A stretch of DNA of 61,272 nucleotides, filler included, from Sphacelaria rigidula (Eukaryota): assembly GCA_964200075.2 (NCBI GenBank). It is 10 parts of 10 records of this genome, joined end to end, with 100 filler letters (N's around TTAATTAATTAA, not from the genome) between each part and the next. Parts side by side here need not be neighbours in the genome. Positions count along the whole stretch, not along the records: positions 1 to 6,038 come from CAXNAA020022638.1; positions 6,139 to 12,176 come from CAXNAA020022639.1; positions 12,277 to 18,314 come from CAXNAA020022640.1; 7 more parts are not named here. One strand, written 5' to 3'. Below are positions 1 through 12,385 of the stretch, one piece after another. Numbering within the stretch: the first letter of the stretch is position 1; each line of letters starts with the position of its first letter. Both the position numbers and the translations under genes were made by a program. Under the pieces are notes generated by a model. That model was not told the DNA's origin. It searched no databases and was given only the letters and a program-made list of their open reading frames with translations.

Positions 1-2033
1 TTCAAAGAATGTATGTACCGCCCTTGCCCGAGGGTTCTCGGTGTGCGTTGGGTTGGATCAACTCAACTAGCCTCCTGGCATTCCAGCGTATCGTGAGCAT
101 GGACGAAAAGCTACGCAGTGGCATCCAGCTTATGTTGAACAACGGAAGTAACGGTAAGGTTCTCTATATGAATTTTGGATCCATGTCGTTCTCTTCCGAT
201 GACGTTGGGCATATTTTACCCGACGAGCCTGAATAACACCCAAACGTCGATATGTTCGTGTCTTTTCGTGATTTTGGTCGGTGACACTTTTTTTGCCCAG
301 TTTGGGGGTCAGGCGCACCCATAACTGTAGGCGTGTTCAGGTTGTAAAAAGTAATCCTGCAAACATTGCGGGACTGTGTTGTGTTCAGTGTACTATCCTC
401 TACTCCATATAATGAGAACATTTTGGGCAGTTTTGGAGAAGTTCCACTTGTTTTTTGAAAAGTTCTCGAAAACTTCTGCTTCGCTTTCATCACAGATATA
501 CAGTACCGAACCTCGAATGGTCTGAGACAACAACCAATTTGAAAATTGTTTGAAAATTGGAATACAATGATTCATGTACGCGAAAATCAGCGGAGAGTTG
601 ACTTTCTTCTTATTTCTGCGCCCCACGTTGTAAGTAGTGGACTCCAAAGACGGAGTGAGATATTTTTAAAGGTACCATGGAGGCTGTGGTACACTGGGAT
701 AAAGCAGCACGTTCACCTTGACGTACACGTACCCATATAAAAAATACTTCGCAGTCAAGTGGTGGAGGTCAATCTCATGGCTTCATTTCCCCTCAACATA
801 TCTCCTCTTCTCTCTCCCCTGTTCAAATTTCGTTGAATCTGTTTCACTTTCGTTTGCAGCGTGGAGCCGGCATTCAAGATTTCTGCAGCGGACGTTGACA
901 TGATCACAGGAGAGTTGGAGGTCACCAAAGAAGAAGCTCATGCTGCGCTGTTGCGTGAAAAAGGCGACGTCGTTCAGGCGCTGCGACATCTTTGTAGATG
1001 AATTCAGTTATCCATCCATCCACGTCGTGGGGCACGTTTCCGCGTTCTCGGGCAGTATGTTGGAGCTACTTTATTTTCCATCACGTAAACGTTGTTACGC
1101 CTGCGTTGGCTCGGTGAACCCAGGAACATGTGCATGACTGCATGTGTGCCCATTGTCTCCCAACCGCCTAGACCATCTTCACGGTGGTGTATTGCGAGTG
1201 AGACGCCAAGGAGCGTGTTACGAAGAGGTCGCCGTGCTGCAGCTATTATCCCCAGCTTGAAGTGACTCCAACTGCTCTCGCAAACTAGTGATGAGATGGG
1301 CAAGGTTTGCTGCTTCCACGGCGTAGTCCACGGCTGGTAATTCACACGAAAAAAAAGCGGCGCGCACGTAAAAACGTCATTCGACGCGTAATGCTTAAAA
1401 AATGCGCATCTAATTTGGTGCCAAATATTCGATGCGAAGCAGTGAAGAGGATGTGCAATGTGAGTCAAGAACGCCGAAGAGTGTGCAATCTATGCTTACC
1501 AAGCGCAGTAGTGGTTTTGTCGAGTATCTCTGCATCAGCTAGTTTCGGTAGATGACGTTGACCATGCGAGTACCTACAAGAGCACTCCAGGAGGCGACAA
1601 GACCCATATGATGGAGCGGGGTGTTTACAACAAGATATTACGCGAAGCTAGCGCTTCAGTCACACGATATGGTCAGCTGTGGGGTATTTTTATACGAGTA
1701 TGTATAATACTGTCCGTCAAGCAATCGATTGAGGTCTTCATGACAGACGGGTCACATACAAACTAGGTTGTGTTTGTCACCTGATACTGTACCCGGAATG
1801 CACCCACCAGACGACTCAATGCTTCGCTGTATTTGGGGATGAATATGTGCAACATAGCCACGAGCATTTGAAAGTGAGTTGCATGTCAATGCGAAAATCA
1901 TGGTTTGTCCACGTTCGTTTTGCCGATTGAGGATTCATTCTTCCAGCCCTAAAAATTACCGCAACCTTTGCTTCCAACCCACTGGCCAACCCAAAAATGA
2001 CTCAAGTTCCGCCGAATGGTGGAGGCGACCTGA

Positions 2034-2347
2034 GGATTTGTACGTAAACAATGATTGGTACTATGGAGATGCCGCCAACCCTAACGCTAACCCTAACGCT
2101 AACCCTAACCCTAACCCCGACCAAGGCATACCGAGAACCCTCGGGCAAGGGGGTGCAGAGTGTTCCCTAGGCAACGTGTGCGTTGCCAGAGCTCAAATCG
2201 ACGCCCTTCAGCCGATTTTGGACCAAAACACGTTCTGGACGAGCTGGGTCCACTGCTCACCTGCCCCAGACCATGAACTTTCTCAGAACTTTGTTCAGTC
2301 TAAAATCAAGTAAAATCGAGTACCAACCATTGTTTACGTACAAATCC
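2034..2347. mobile_element. PIF/Harbinger (Tourist-like) MITE with internal telomere-like repeats
   Basis: 29-bp TIRs GGATTTGTACGTAAACAATG(A/G)TTGGTACT at 2034-2062 and 2319-2347 (1 mismatch). Flanks are TGA and TTA within a palindromic empty site GACC-TTA-GGTC, consistent with a TWA TSD. Confidence 0.8.
2077..2118 (+). repeat. Interstitial telomere-like (CCCTAA/CGCTAA)n tract
   Basis: aaccctaacgctaaccctaacgctaaccctaaccctaacccc, inside the MITE at 2034-2347. Confidence 0.9.
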
Positions 2348-5300
2348 TTAGGTCTACTGGAATGGTGTGCAGTTTTGACATGCATTCACGGTTAGGACGA
2401 AGCATCACGATCTCTTCGGCCTGACTGCCCAAAAAGGGAGAAGAGAGTTGACCGCTGGTCTACAGGATACCCAAGCGATTTTTGCGCCCTTCCACGTGTT
2501 TGGGCTGCGTGTATCTGGGTTGCAACGCCGAAAACAAAGCCTAGGGATTGATTCGTACGCTTCGAATCAATTACACTACAACCAAGTAATTTCCAGACGA
2601 ATCATCGAGTTGTCCGACCCTTGCATGCAGTGCAATGTGATGGTTTTCGAGGTACAAGAGTTAATTTCTCACCAGATGAGAAGTTTCTCTTTGACTTTCG
2701 CAACGGTGGCGGCACCAGTCCAGCGAAGAGGCTGAGGGAGTCACTGCGTGTGGGCACATCGCTGTCAGATTGCATAGGTGACTCCTCAGCATCACTTTGC
2801 TGCTGCGTGACCGCTCCACCACGTTGGCGAAGATTTCCATCGCTGCATGTGCTCGATACAGCATTTCCCTCTGTTCGACGATTTCGCGTGAAGATAGTCC
2901 CAGCACTGCACGTTTTTAGAAGCCCCAGTTCTTCACCATCGTGAGCACTGTAGAGCGAAACGAAAAATACGAACGGTGCATACAGTAGAATGAGAGGCGG
3001 CACAGGGGCTCCGTCCAACGGGAGGGATAATCACGTGGTCATGCATGTAGCATCCTTTTGTCACGCGGCATACCACCCTCTTGGCATCTGTAGCCATTCT
3101 CTTCTATGGTGTCACTCCCTCATCGCAAGCGGTAAATATGACGGCATCGTGAGTGGCAGAGGCCTGAAGAAAACATTCTTGAACGTCTGAAAAAGCCAGC
3201 TGGAAAAAGACACTTCTTGTTTCGGAGGTTATGAAGAGACAGTATATCCAAACACGTCCGACCGAGCACCCTGCCCTCCTTGCCTAGCTCAGTCGTCATG
3301 GATCTCTCCTGAGTCGAACACAGACGTTTTTGATTGTTTCGAAGAGCGTGACAGATGAGACTCCACATGCAAGCTTCACCCAGTAGCCACATGAGTGGAT
3401 ATATGAAGCAGGGTCGTGCTATGATGCATAATTTCAGGCTCTCCGGGGCGCCGCCACTGGGTGGCGCTCCCCGCTTAGCTCAAGGGGAAAACATCACCTG
3501 AGATCTGTTGGCGAGTCAGGAAGTCGGGACTAAAATTTGGGTCAAGACACGACCCAACATTAATCGACATTTATCCAAGTACCGGGCAAGGCTTCAGAAA
3601 TCGCCTACAGTTTTTATGGAGGTCTGATGTACGGTGCCGTCGTGAATACACCATGTAACGAAGAAAAACAAGTGCATCCTTCCTGAGGAAAAAAGTGTCC
3701 CTTTTGCTGGAGAAATATTTGCCATCATCGTCGGCGTCGTTGGACTAAAAACTCAATTTTCGCCCACAGGACTGGCACGTGGGTGCCAGGGGTATCAGCG
3801 GTCAGGGTCTGAAAAATAAAAATCAGCGTGCTATAGCAAAATACATAAATGCACCTTCAAAGGGCTAAGAAGCGTTGTGGTTCGAAGAGTGTGGCGTCCC
3901 AAACTTGCGTTGCCGCTTGGTCGACATCACTCGTCAATCTAACCATATACATACTTATTATATACGGCAGATGCACTCATGAGCCGTCCATCAACTGTAT
4001 CCTACAATCAAGTCCAGATGGCATGCAACCGCCTCGGTACAAGTTGCTAAGGTGCGCTATATTTGCTGTGCAAATGCTATCCCGAAAGAGCTCGCAGGAA
4101 ATTCACGTCTCTCAGGCCTCTTCTTTGTATCAACGAACAACCGCTGATTCATCAATCTAGTTTTGGAAAAACACACCGCACGTCATTTCTAAACCCAACA
4201 AAATCCTCGACATGCCCTGGGCGAAACCGCTCATTTTTGCGGTGATTTTTCTGGCTACAATACCGCTGCGAGTTTGGTAGAGCTACTTAGTGTTTCGCCC
4301 TGTTTTCTCAACCTGGCGCTGTTGGCTATTTCAGCGTGATGAAAATTATCAAAGTTTGGCAGTGTGTGCGACCTGCCAGGGGTTCTGGCGACCTGCCAGG
4401 GGTTCGCAGTCAAAGGGTGAGTTGGTCCCAGTGAAGTCCGTGCTCGGCAGGATGGATGAGAGAAGCTGCCTTGTCATGGTGAGGAAATTTCCACATGAGC
4501 TCCTGTGGTGTATGATACTGGGTAGCACATGATGGTCGGACACCCGTCGGGTGATGTACGTCGATCGGTAAAGGTCGTGTCATTATTCATCAATCTGTCC
4601 TTGTCGAGTTGAGATGACTGCTCATGTCAGGGGAGCGACAGCTCACCCTGCACCAACATTCACCTGGTGCACTTTGCATCATTGTAACCTGATGTTCAAG
4701 ATCGGCTCACTCGCATATTTTCGCTTACTTCATTGGGACCAACTCAACCTTGTACTGCGAACTCCCGGCAGATTGCACACACTCAGTTCCCCAAGATCGG
4801 TTCGAGTTCGGAGCCACTATGTCTTCGCTGACACAGCACGCCCTCATGAATATACACATGTATGTAGACCGTACTGCGTGCCTACTAAATATGTCTAACT
4901 AAGCGTACGTGTGAACACTCCCGTGCAAGCGGGTCAATCAGACCTACTCCAGAAACAGTACACTTCACAAAACCCTTCAGCTCTACTTCACCCCGCGACA
5001 CCTTTCATTTTCGAAAGCTTGATGAGATAGTGCAATGTTTTCCCATCATCGTTCACGTTCGACGAGGGCGAGATTCGACCTTTGACCCAAGCAGTCAGTG
5101 CCTGAAAGTGTGCGCGTAATAAACAATGTGCTGAGCTCTGATTATAGAACTGACACCTTGATTCTGAAAAACGGAAATTTCACGTATACATGCATACACG
5201 CGATGAACACAGGTGAAACCAGACTGCAGAACGATTTCTTGGAGTTCGGTGAATTTTGGTGCCACAGTTTTTTCGTTTTTTCTTCGCCTCTTTCTGGGTC

Positions 5301-6038
5301 GTCTATTATTTGGCAATCGCAGCCTTTTTTGTGTATGTGCAACACATGACGTTCAAACGGTAACGCGATTATCTTCATATTTCCTTACACTATGGGCGTC
5401 TGAATCGTGTAAGCGCGACATATGCGTGCGTCATATCAATATGATTTCAATCAACAACAATCATAGGCGCTGTATTTGTTGTTGCCTGTTCGCAGGCTTT
5501 TCTGTGTTCCTAAAATTCGATCTCCCGGCGTTCGGGGTTCGGTGAATTCAACAGCCGATTTGCCGCGATTCGGTGAATTTTGGAGCCGGATTTTATTGTC
5601 TCTGTCTGTACTGTCTGCATTGCTTGCAAGCGGTGTCTTGGGTGCGTGTGTGCGTGTTTCGTCCAGGAGGATATAGAAGAGAAGCGGGCCACGTGCAGTG
5701 CATACAGCCCAGGACTATCAGTTCTCTCTCCTTACAATGCGACGTGAAGAGGACTTCAGCAACGTGCAACTTCGTGCTGCCTGCACTGTCCATGAGCGTG
5801 CACGCAACTCGGTTGCGCACCGTACCCACGCAGTTCCGTCGCTGATCCCTACCATGAAAGAAGATGCAAAGTCAAGTTTTCGCCAACAAAAATGAACAAA
5901 GCACAATCAACTACTGCAGTGTATCTATCCCTGGGCTCAACTCGTGCGCTATGCTGCAGGATTGCGGTGGTAGCTGAGAATGAGTTGGATGGAGTTTGCA
6001 TGGTCCTGTGAACAGGTGTTATCTGGCGTGGTGGTCTG

Positions 6039-6138
6039 NNNNNNNNNNNNNNNNNNNNNNNNNNNNNNNNNNNNNNNNNNNNTTAATTAATTAANNNNNN
6101 NNNNNNNNNNNNNNNNNNNNNNNNNNNNNNNNNNNNNN
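6039..6138. other. Artificial contig spacer (first of nine)
   Basis: N44-TTAATTAATTAA-N44. Identical spacers at 12177-12276, 18315-18414, 24452-24551, 30589-30688, 36726-36825, 42863-42962, 49000-49099 and 55137-55236. The 12-mer puts stops in all six frames. Confidence 0.98.
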
Positions 6139-6539
6139 TAGGCTCGCCTTTCCAATACCGTCCCTGCTGTTCCTTACCAGACACATTACCAAAATAAAGA
6201 GAGAAGATAATAAAGGACAAGAACCAGGAAAAGACAGGTGACACAAGGAGAGTAGTATATGAAGACCAAATTGGGGTCTTGGGCTGGGGCTTTCCTATTG
6301 GTCAACGTTCCCAAGTCCGCATTACGATGTGGATCACTCTGGTCTGGGGGGCATTTTTGCCCCCAAAGTCCGCAGTCAAAAGACCATTGTGGTCTTCCCT
6401 CGGTTTGGTCGTTTTGATATACGTCCAATTGGCTGGAAGGCCCGAAGGGTTTTCCGTTCCCCCGGCACATACCACACCAGCTCCATCATCGCGCGTGGGT
6501 CGCGCACCAGGCCACACGCCGAGAACGGTTGGTATGACA
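6139..6539 (-). mobile_element. Possible LTR, truncated by contig start
   Basis: Minus strand begins TGTCATA, as does the solo LTR at 19728. No recognisable coding motif. The other end is absent, so no TSD can be checked. Confidence 0.3.
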
Positions 6540-6782
6540 GAGGTGTTTTCGTGGAGGTAGCAAAGCAGCATAATACAGTATATTATGCACAAAGAACGAG
6601 TGAGTGTTGAGCACAACTTGACACAGACAGCGAGTAGCTCGAACAACATGAAACAAACGCAACGTGCATACGGCTTGCACGAAAGTTCGGGAGGGGAGCA
6701 AGCAGCATGTGATACAGCGGGAGACGTGTATTTACTCACCTCCCACCGATGAGGGTATCTCAAGGGGGATTGCAAGATTTTT

Positions 6783-7545
6783 GCGAAAAGCGCTAGCATG
6801 GCCGAGCGTTGAATTGGCGCTCGGCAAGGATTGAGGATCCATCTAAGATGAGGGCAAGAACTATGACGTGGGACATTCGCTATTTCACCGTGCTGCAGCA
6901 CAAACATACTCACGCTCTCTCTCATGTGTTGTAGCGATCACTGTGGTGTGGTGTGGTGTGGTCGGACCTTCACGACGGTTTGGTGTCCGCTGGGATTAAT
7001 TGCGTCAGTTGCCTTACTGTCACTGCCTTGGTTCTTTCAGAAAATGAGGATAAATATGTTTTTCGGTACGCAGTACTATCTACACACTACTGCTGTTTGT
7101 GGCGTCCCCGTCCGTACTTCAGCTATAGTCGGGTGCTGAGATCAGAGAAGGCATGCAAGGCGGACGCGTGCACGTTGGGGCGAACAAACTGAGCCAGCAC
7201 GGAGCTGCTCTATCCCAAGCGTTTGATGACAGGAGCTGTCTGCCTTGATGTCCCATGTAAAGTTCTTACCCCCATTTCAGACGGGTTATCATTTTTTGCC
7301 CGAGATCCAATTTTTGAACGCTCAACCATGATCGCGCTTCGCGTGAAAAGCGCAGTTATGGCCCAGCGTTTGTAAACCGCCATTCGGCCAACATCAAGCT
7401 CATCCGAAATCAGGGAAAGAACTATCGCATGGGAAATGTCCTATGTCACTGTGCTGCAGCACAAACACACTCAAGCTCTGTCTCTTGTGCTGTAACGGCC
7501 GCTGTGCTGTGGTGTCTCCAGACCTTTTCGAAGACGGTTCAGTCG
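6783..7545 (+). repeat. Diverged ~200-bp direct duplication (6783-6985 and 7341-7545)
   Basis: Shared blocks gaaaagcgc, aagaactat, gtgctgcagcacaaaca.actca.gctct and gacggtt occur in the same order in both copies. Confidence 0.75.
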
Positions 7546-9191
7546 TTCGTCTCCTCGAAAAATCATATGCTGTCAACCCTGTGTCAACACGTAGTGAACT
7601 CTAGACACCGTTCCTGTTGACACCTTCATGGTGTGTTGACTATTCCGTCTCGAGTCAAGCGAACCAGGCGCTTCCCAAACCCACCATTTCTTTGCTGTAG
7701 TTGTAGCTGTGCTGTTGTGCATTTTAACACTCTACGACGATCACGGTGCGATGGGCGCTGGAAAGTGCCTGAACAGCTGTAGTGCTGCATGCGGTGTTTC
7801 GGTATGTACAGAGCTGGGGTGGCGCCATATTATTGATCGCCTTTTGGAGGAATGATACTTGGTTTGGGACAGACTGAACACGGGTACTACACTTTACAAA
7901 ACAACCTACCGTCTGTTACCTAGGCTTTACCTGGACACTCCGGAAATATGGAGAAAATACTACGGCAGAAACCCTCACGACTTCACACCCGCCCGCACTC
8001 AAAGTGCAGACAAAGTAAGTATCAGTTGTATGTTTGCGCTGGACTCAGCAGCAAGAAACAGTGAGCGTGCATCGTTCTGCACTCAACACAGTCGACTGCA
8101 TGCTACTGGTGTCTCTACTTAGTGTTCCACAGCAACACTACAGTGTGAAGCTATGTTGGCAACACAGGAGGCGCGGGCAGGCGGCAAAGACAGGCCACGA
8201 GTAAAAAGTACGCCGTGTGTGCCCACCTGTTTCATGATTTGTGATCAAAATGATTCTCCTGGTCTGCAACAACTTCTGTGCAAACCAGATACACGCCACG
8301 TCAATCGCTGTCTGTGTCAAGTTGCGCTCAAAATAGTATTTCCTTGTGCGTATGTTGATGTGCTGACCTCAAAAGAACACCACAACCACACCATCACCCG
8401 CTGATTCGCCATGTTCTAGGCGTGTGCTCTGGTGCTTGCGCGAGCAGCGAGGTGGGTGGTGTGGTGAGTGTTGTCGTGAGGACGGTTACGCGTTACATGT
8501 CACCCCTGTTGGCCGATAGAATCTCCTATTAAAAGTCCAAACCGAGCGAAACGCAACCATCGGACTTTGGACTGACTTTGGACTTCGGGGGAATTACAAA
8601 GTCCAACTCCTGACCCGAATTTGATCTTCGCAAACACCGTACACTGTTTCGAGGTTATCAACTGAATGAGCCACCGGGGCGACCGACCGGCTAGACACAA
8701 CTTGATGCGTGCACAAATCTCAGATCATATGTACGACTATTTGATGCGTAACTCCGGCACCCCATGGTTACTTGTGGCACTTTTCTGTTTCAGAGGCATC
8801 GTGAGCTCCTTGGGGCCCACGAGTAGGAGTGCCGAATACCTGTGATCACAAACTCTGGTCAAATTCGCACTGCAAGTCCAAAAATGCTCCATTTCCATTT
8901 CTTGATGAACGTTCCGTTCTATGTTCACCTCTTTGACTTCCAAGGTACGAAATATGGAACACTTTCCGCTTTCGTTGACAGCGGCATATCTTTCTCCCTC
9001 CCTCAAAGAATGCGCGATCAATAGTAGATGATTCAGCGGGAGGGCGCTATGGGCGAAAGCCCCCACCGCTGCGGCAGCATAAACCATCCCTCCCCGTGCA
9101 CACACGACAGCACTACCTCCATTTACCCTTCGCTGCATTGAGAGTACCATCGCCTAGGGGGCTCAACGTGTACGCACTGAAACACTTGACG

Positions 9192-9342
9192 ATGCGGCAT
9201 ATGCGAGCAGCTCTGGCTATAGTTTGCATGGCCTTGGCTACGCAGTGCGCCGGACACAACGCCCGAGAGATTGTGGTGCAGGGGTGTAGAGGGTTCGATC
9301 AAGTACCTGTGCCTATGACCGAGGATATTAATATGTTTGTCG
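9192..9342 (+). CDS. Exon 1 of a putative secreted protein (adhesin/polymorphic-membrane-protein-like brown algal family); possibly a pseudogene
   Basis: MRHMRAALAIVCMALATQCAG (signal-peptide-like), then EIVVQGCRGFDQVPVPMTEDINMFV. Donor G|GTATGG at 9343. Confidence 0.5.
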
Positions 9343-9790
9343 GTATGGGCCAGGGTTCGCTGGAATGCTCTACAGTTGAGTCTTCGGGTCTTTGATTAAT
9401 CGTGGTGCCTCAGGTATTGTTGATCGAGATCGCCACCTAGGTTGTATTCAACGCGTCCAGAGTGAAACCTGTTGATGTGCGGAGAGAATATGCAACGTGT
9501 GTTTCTGGTGCTTCACATGGAGATACAGTTTGCATTAGAGGCCGCACGGCGTGGATCGTTCGTGTCGTTAAGCATGCTGCGGTACCTCGTGCGTTTCTAC
9601 TGTCGTCTTGCTTTGAAACTAGCAAGTCTGTATCTCCTTCATCCAAGAAACAATGGCACTCGAGCTACGAGCATAGTATTCCGCACGACTACGAATGCTG
9701 AACTTTGAGAATATTCTGCGGACGAATGATCTTTAGTTACTCCCTGCGATGCCATCCCCGCTTCCGATACCTCTCATCTCTGTAACTCAG

Positions 9791-10003
9791 CTAACGGCCG
9801 TGATGATTAGTGGGCCGTACACGCTGCGCATGATGCCAACCGTGGTCGACGTTCGACTGCTCAATATACGGTTTGTGGTGGAAGGAACAGCTAGATTCAT
9901 CATGGACTCAGATTTGAAGACAGACCAAGTTGAAGGACAAGAAGACAGGTCTACGGTTACACCGACAGGATCGGTGACGTTTTCGCCAGGAAGCTCCGGT
10001 CAG
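9791..10003 (+). CDS. Internal exon of the same putative secreted protein
   Basis: Acceptor TAACTCAG|, open frame LTAVMISGPYTLRMMPTVVDVRLLNIRFVVEGTARFIMDSDLKTDQVEGQEDRSTVTPTGSVTFSPGSSGQ, donor CAG|GTACGT. Phase does not match exon 1 directly, so a small intervening exon is needed. Confidence 0.5.
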
Positions 10004-10739
10004 GTACGTTCAGAGCTGTACGATGAGATTTTTTGTCGAAGGCTCAATGGGCACATTTTGCCCGCATATTCAAGTGTCTTGATGCGGTGCGGATAATCTA
10101 GTATCGGACGTCTGATGTTTGGGCGATCGCTATTTTGGCCTGGTAAAACTTTCCGCCTATTGCTTGTAATACAGTACAAGTAATGTGTACTGCCGTAATG
10201 CTTCTCTTATTCACTAACGTCTGCAATTGTGCACAAGCGATTGTCATTTTCCAATGGCCATTCTATGCCATTGCCCCTCATACGTTTGTCTTGCTGTAAG
10301 GGTAGCGTGCAGCGGCTCGCTGTGGCAGCGCAACACCCAGCGGGAGACCACGATCATGAATGACACTGCCAGCATTCTTACATTTCTCCTGACGCATAGG
10401 TAGGCTGCGTGCCTAAGTAAGATCGTTTCTTCTTACTGTTGCTGTTGGTGTTAGTTGGATCTCAAGTTTTGGGCATTTGCCCATACAGGGGATAGGCATT
10501 ATCACATGTCTTGGACACTTTACATCACCCAACCGAGAGGAGTCTAGCCCACATTTTCGATTCGCTTGCCTCGGCCTCTGAACAAAACTCCAAGTAGATT
10601 GAAAAATCATGAGCACGCTGTTGAAATATTGAAATTCATGACAGAAACCTGCGGACACTGCATTTTTTCTTCCACAGTTGTATTTTGGTTCGGGTATACG
10701 TCTTTGGACATTTGTTTTCATCGTAGAAGGCGGTGGAGA

Positions 10740-10898
10740 CAGGGGCCTGTCGAAAAACGATTTCGGGACATGTAGTCCCCAAGATCGAGAAATTGAGTCT
10801 TTGGGGGGGGGCGGGGGGGGGACACGCAGCCTGTTGTCCCCTAGTTCATAGTCGAGACGTTGGCGGATGCGGTCAGCTGCCGTGCACGGAGATCCTTC
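10740..10898 (+). mobile_element. Isolated terminal fragment of a tyrosine-recombinase retroelement
   Basis: Aligns to the reverse complement of 47657-47815: tttcgggaca.gtag..ccaagatcga.aa, G-run, ggggaca...tgtcccct, cgttggcggatgcggtcag.tgccgt..acgg...ccttc. Confidence 0.75.
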
Positions 10899-11285
10899 GT
10901 ATGGATACCGCTGAGATGGCGGACACGCTACCCCCCCCAAGCTCATCACTCACCATGATGACATTTATGGGATCATGTTCCGTGTCGTGTGCCTCGAGTA
11001 CCTACCAGCAGTCCAGGCAAGTTTGGCGAAGCGTGAGATAATGTTGCTACTTCGGCTACAAGCTGTCACTACCGTGCGTTCGTGTATTGTACATACATGT
11101 GTGTTAGCTTGGCCGGCATCCGAGGTCATCGGGGCAGAGCGGGTAAGGAGCAAGCAAATATACGAACCTCGCAAAGCCTGCCGCCTGACTCTTCGGTTTT
11201 TGTCAGTTTTCTTGATCAATTTCCTCGACAATATTCAACAAAAACAAATACATACTCCCTTTGTCCGAAAATATAAGTCCGATTT

Positions 11286-11359
11286 GCACCTTGTGTCAAA
11301 TAAAGCGCTCTAGACTACGAAAGAGCAGGTGCTGGGTTCGATTCCCTTCTTGAACGCCA
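11286..11359 (+). pseudogene. tRNA-derived (Arg-ACG-like) relic or SINE head
   Basis: agcgctctagaCTACGAAagagcaggtgctgGGTTCGATTCCc: anticodon-loop-like CTACGAA and B-box/T-loop. The acceptor and D stems do not pair well, so this is not a functional tRNA. Confidence 0.4.
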
Positions 11360-11971
11360 TTTAATTTTCGAAAAAAAGATTTTCCGGTGGCCGCAGTTTT
11401 TATGTTGGCGGAGCAAGCATTTCTTTTCCAGGGGCGGTCGAGTCCGGAGAAAAAAGGCAGCTTCTGCTAGATTTGACCGTTCGTGACCATTCATGGGAAA
11501 AAACGCAAGTTTGGCGAAGAACAAAATTGCGGCCACCGGAAAACGCGAAGATGTCCTGGAACCGTCCCGACGAGTAGAGCAACGTATTCCAAGGTGTCAA
11601 ACTCCGCCTAGCTCTCTCATCGGAGGGTAAAACGACGAAGACGTTTTTACAGGGCTTTTTTGTTTGTCGTAAGGAACGGCCTAACCGCACAAAACAGGAC
11701 AATATTTTTCTCCTTCACAATAGTTTTCGTTGCCCATTTTTCTCGGCAAAACTCAGGCTCGCCATTTGGATGTTGAACGAATACATAGACAGTACCGCTT
11801 CACTTACATGTCTATAGAGTTAGTCTCGAACTTGAAAATAATATAAGGGGCCGGAAAGCATCGCTACCACCAAGAATTAACTTTCTATATGGGTCACAGG
11901 AGCACCTCGAGACCACAGGGGCCTGCCTCAGCAGGGATAAAGGACATAGGCCAACTCCTGCCCCCGTTGAT

Positions 11972-12176
11972 TACGATGGCTATACTAGGAGAAAGATGGT
12001 GGCCACAGAGCGCGACACAGGACGGGGATAAGATATGTAAGAGGCTCTTGTGTAATGAATGGAAGAAATGTAATGGGCGCCGAAATGTTGAAGGTGTCTG
12101 AGTTGGAACGGTGCTCCGTCTCGAAAGGGATGCGTGGTCTATGGTCAAACGACTAAGGCAAGCAAAAAATGAGTAC
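11972..12176 (+). mobile_element. LINE 3' fragment (C-run-associated family)
   Basis: Matches 50707-50936 and ends ggtgctccgtctcgaaagggatgcgtggtc...aaggcaagcaaaaaatgagtac at the contig end. The 5' junction follows gcccccgttgat. Confidence 0.9.
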
Positions 12177-12276
12177 NNNNNNNNNNNNNNNNNNNNNNNN
12201 NNNNNNNNNNNNNNNNNNNNTTAATTAATTAANNNNNNNNNNNNNNNNNNNNNNNNNNNNNNNNNNNNNNNNNNNN

Positions 12277-12348
12277 GATGTCTGACACACTTACGAGCCT
12301 CTTTTTTCGTGCAACCAAATACCCCCCCCCTATCGTAGGATGACTCTT
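12277..12348 (-). mobile_element. Terminus of an unclassified DNA transposon inserted in the Gypsy integrase tail
   Basis: Reverse complement reads AAGAGTCATCCTACGATAGGGGGGGGGTATTT, matching 48922-48955. Gypsy coding sequence (GLSQYVMTKYAIK) stops abruptly here. Confidence 0.7.
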
Positions 12349-12385
12349 TTGATTGCATACTTGGTCATCACATACTGGCTAAGCC

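Noticed and set aside
1..1900. Multiple short ORFs in contig 1 (also 2450-3400)
   Set aside because: No recognisable motifs or splice structure; possibly very old TE relics, but unsupported.
2077..2118. Chromosome end or true telomere
   Set aside because: Short, degenerate and enclosed by MITE TIRs.
6083..6094. TTAATTAATTAA motif recurring about every 6137 bp
   Set aside because: Synthetic spacer between contigs; the periodicity comes from size sorting.
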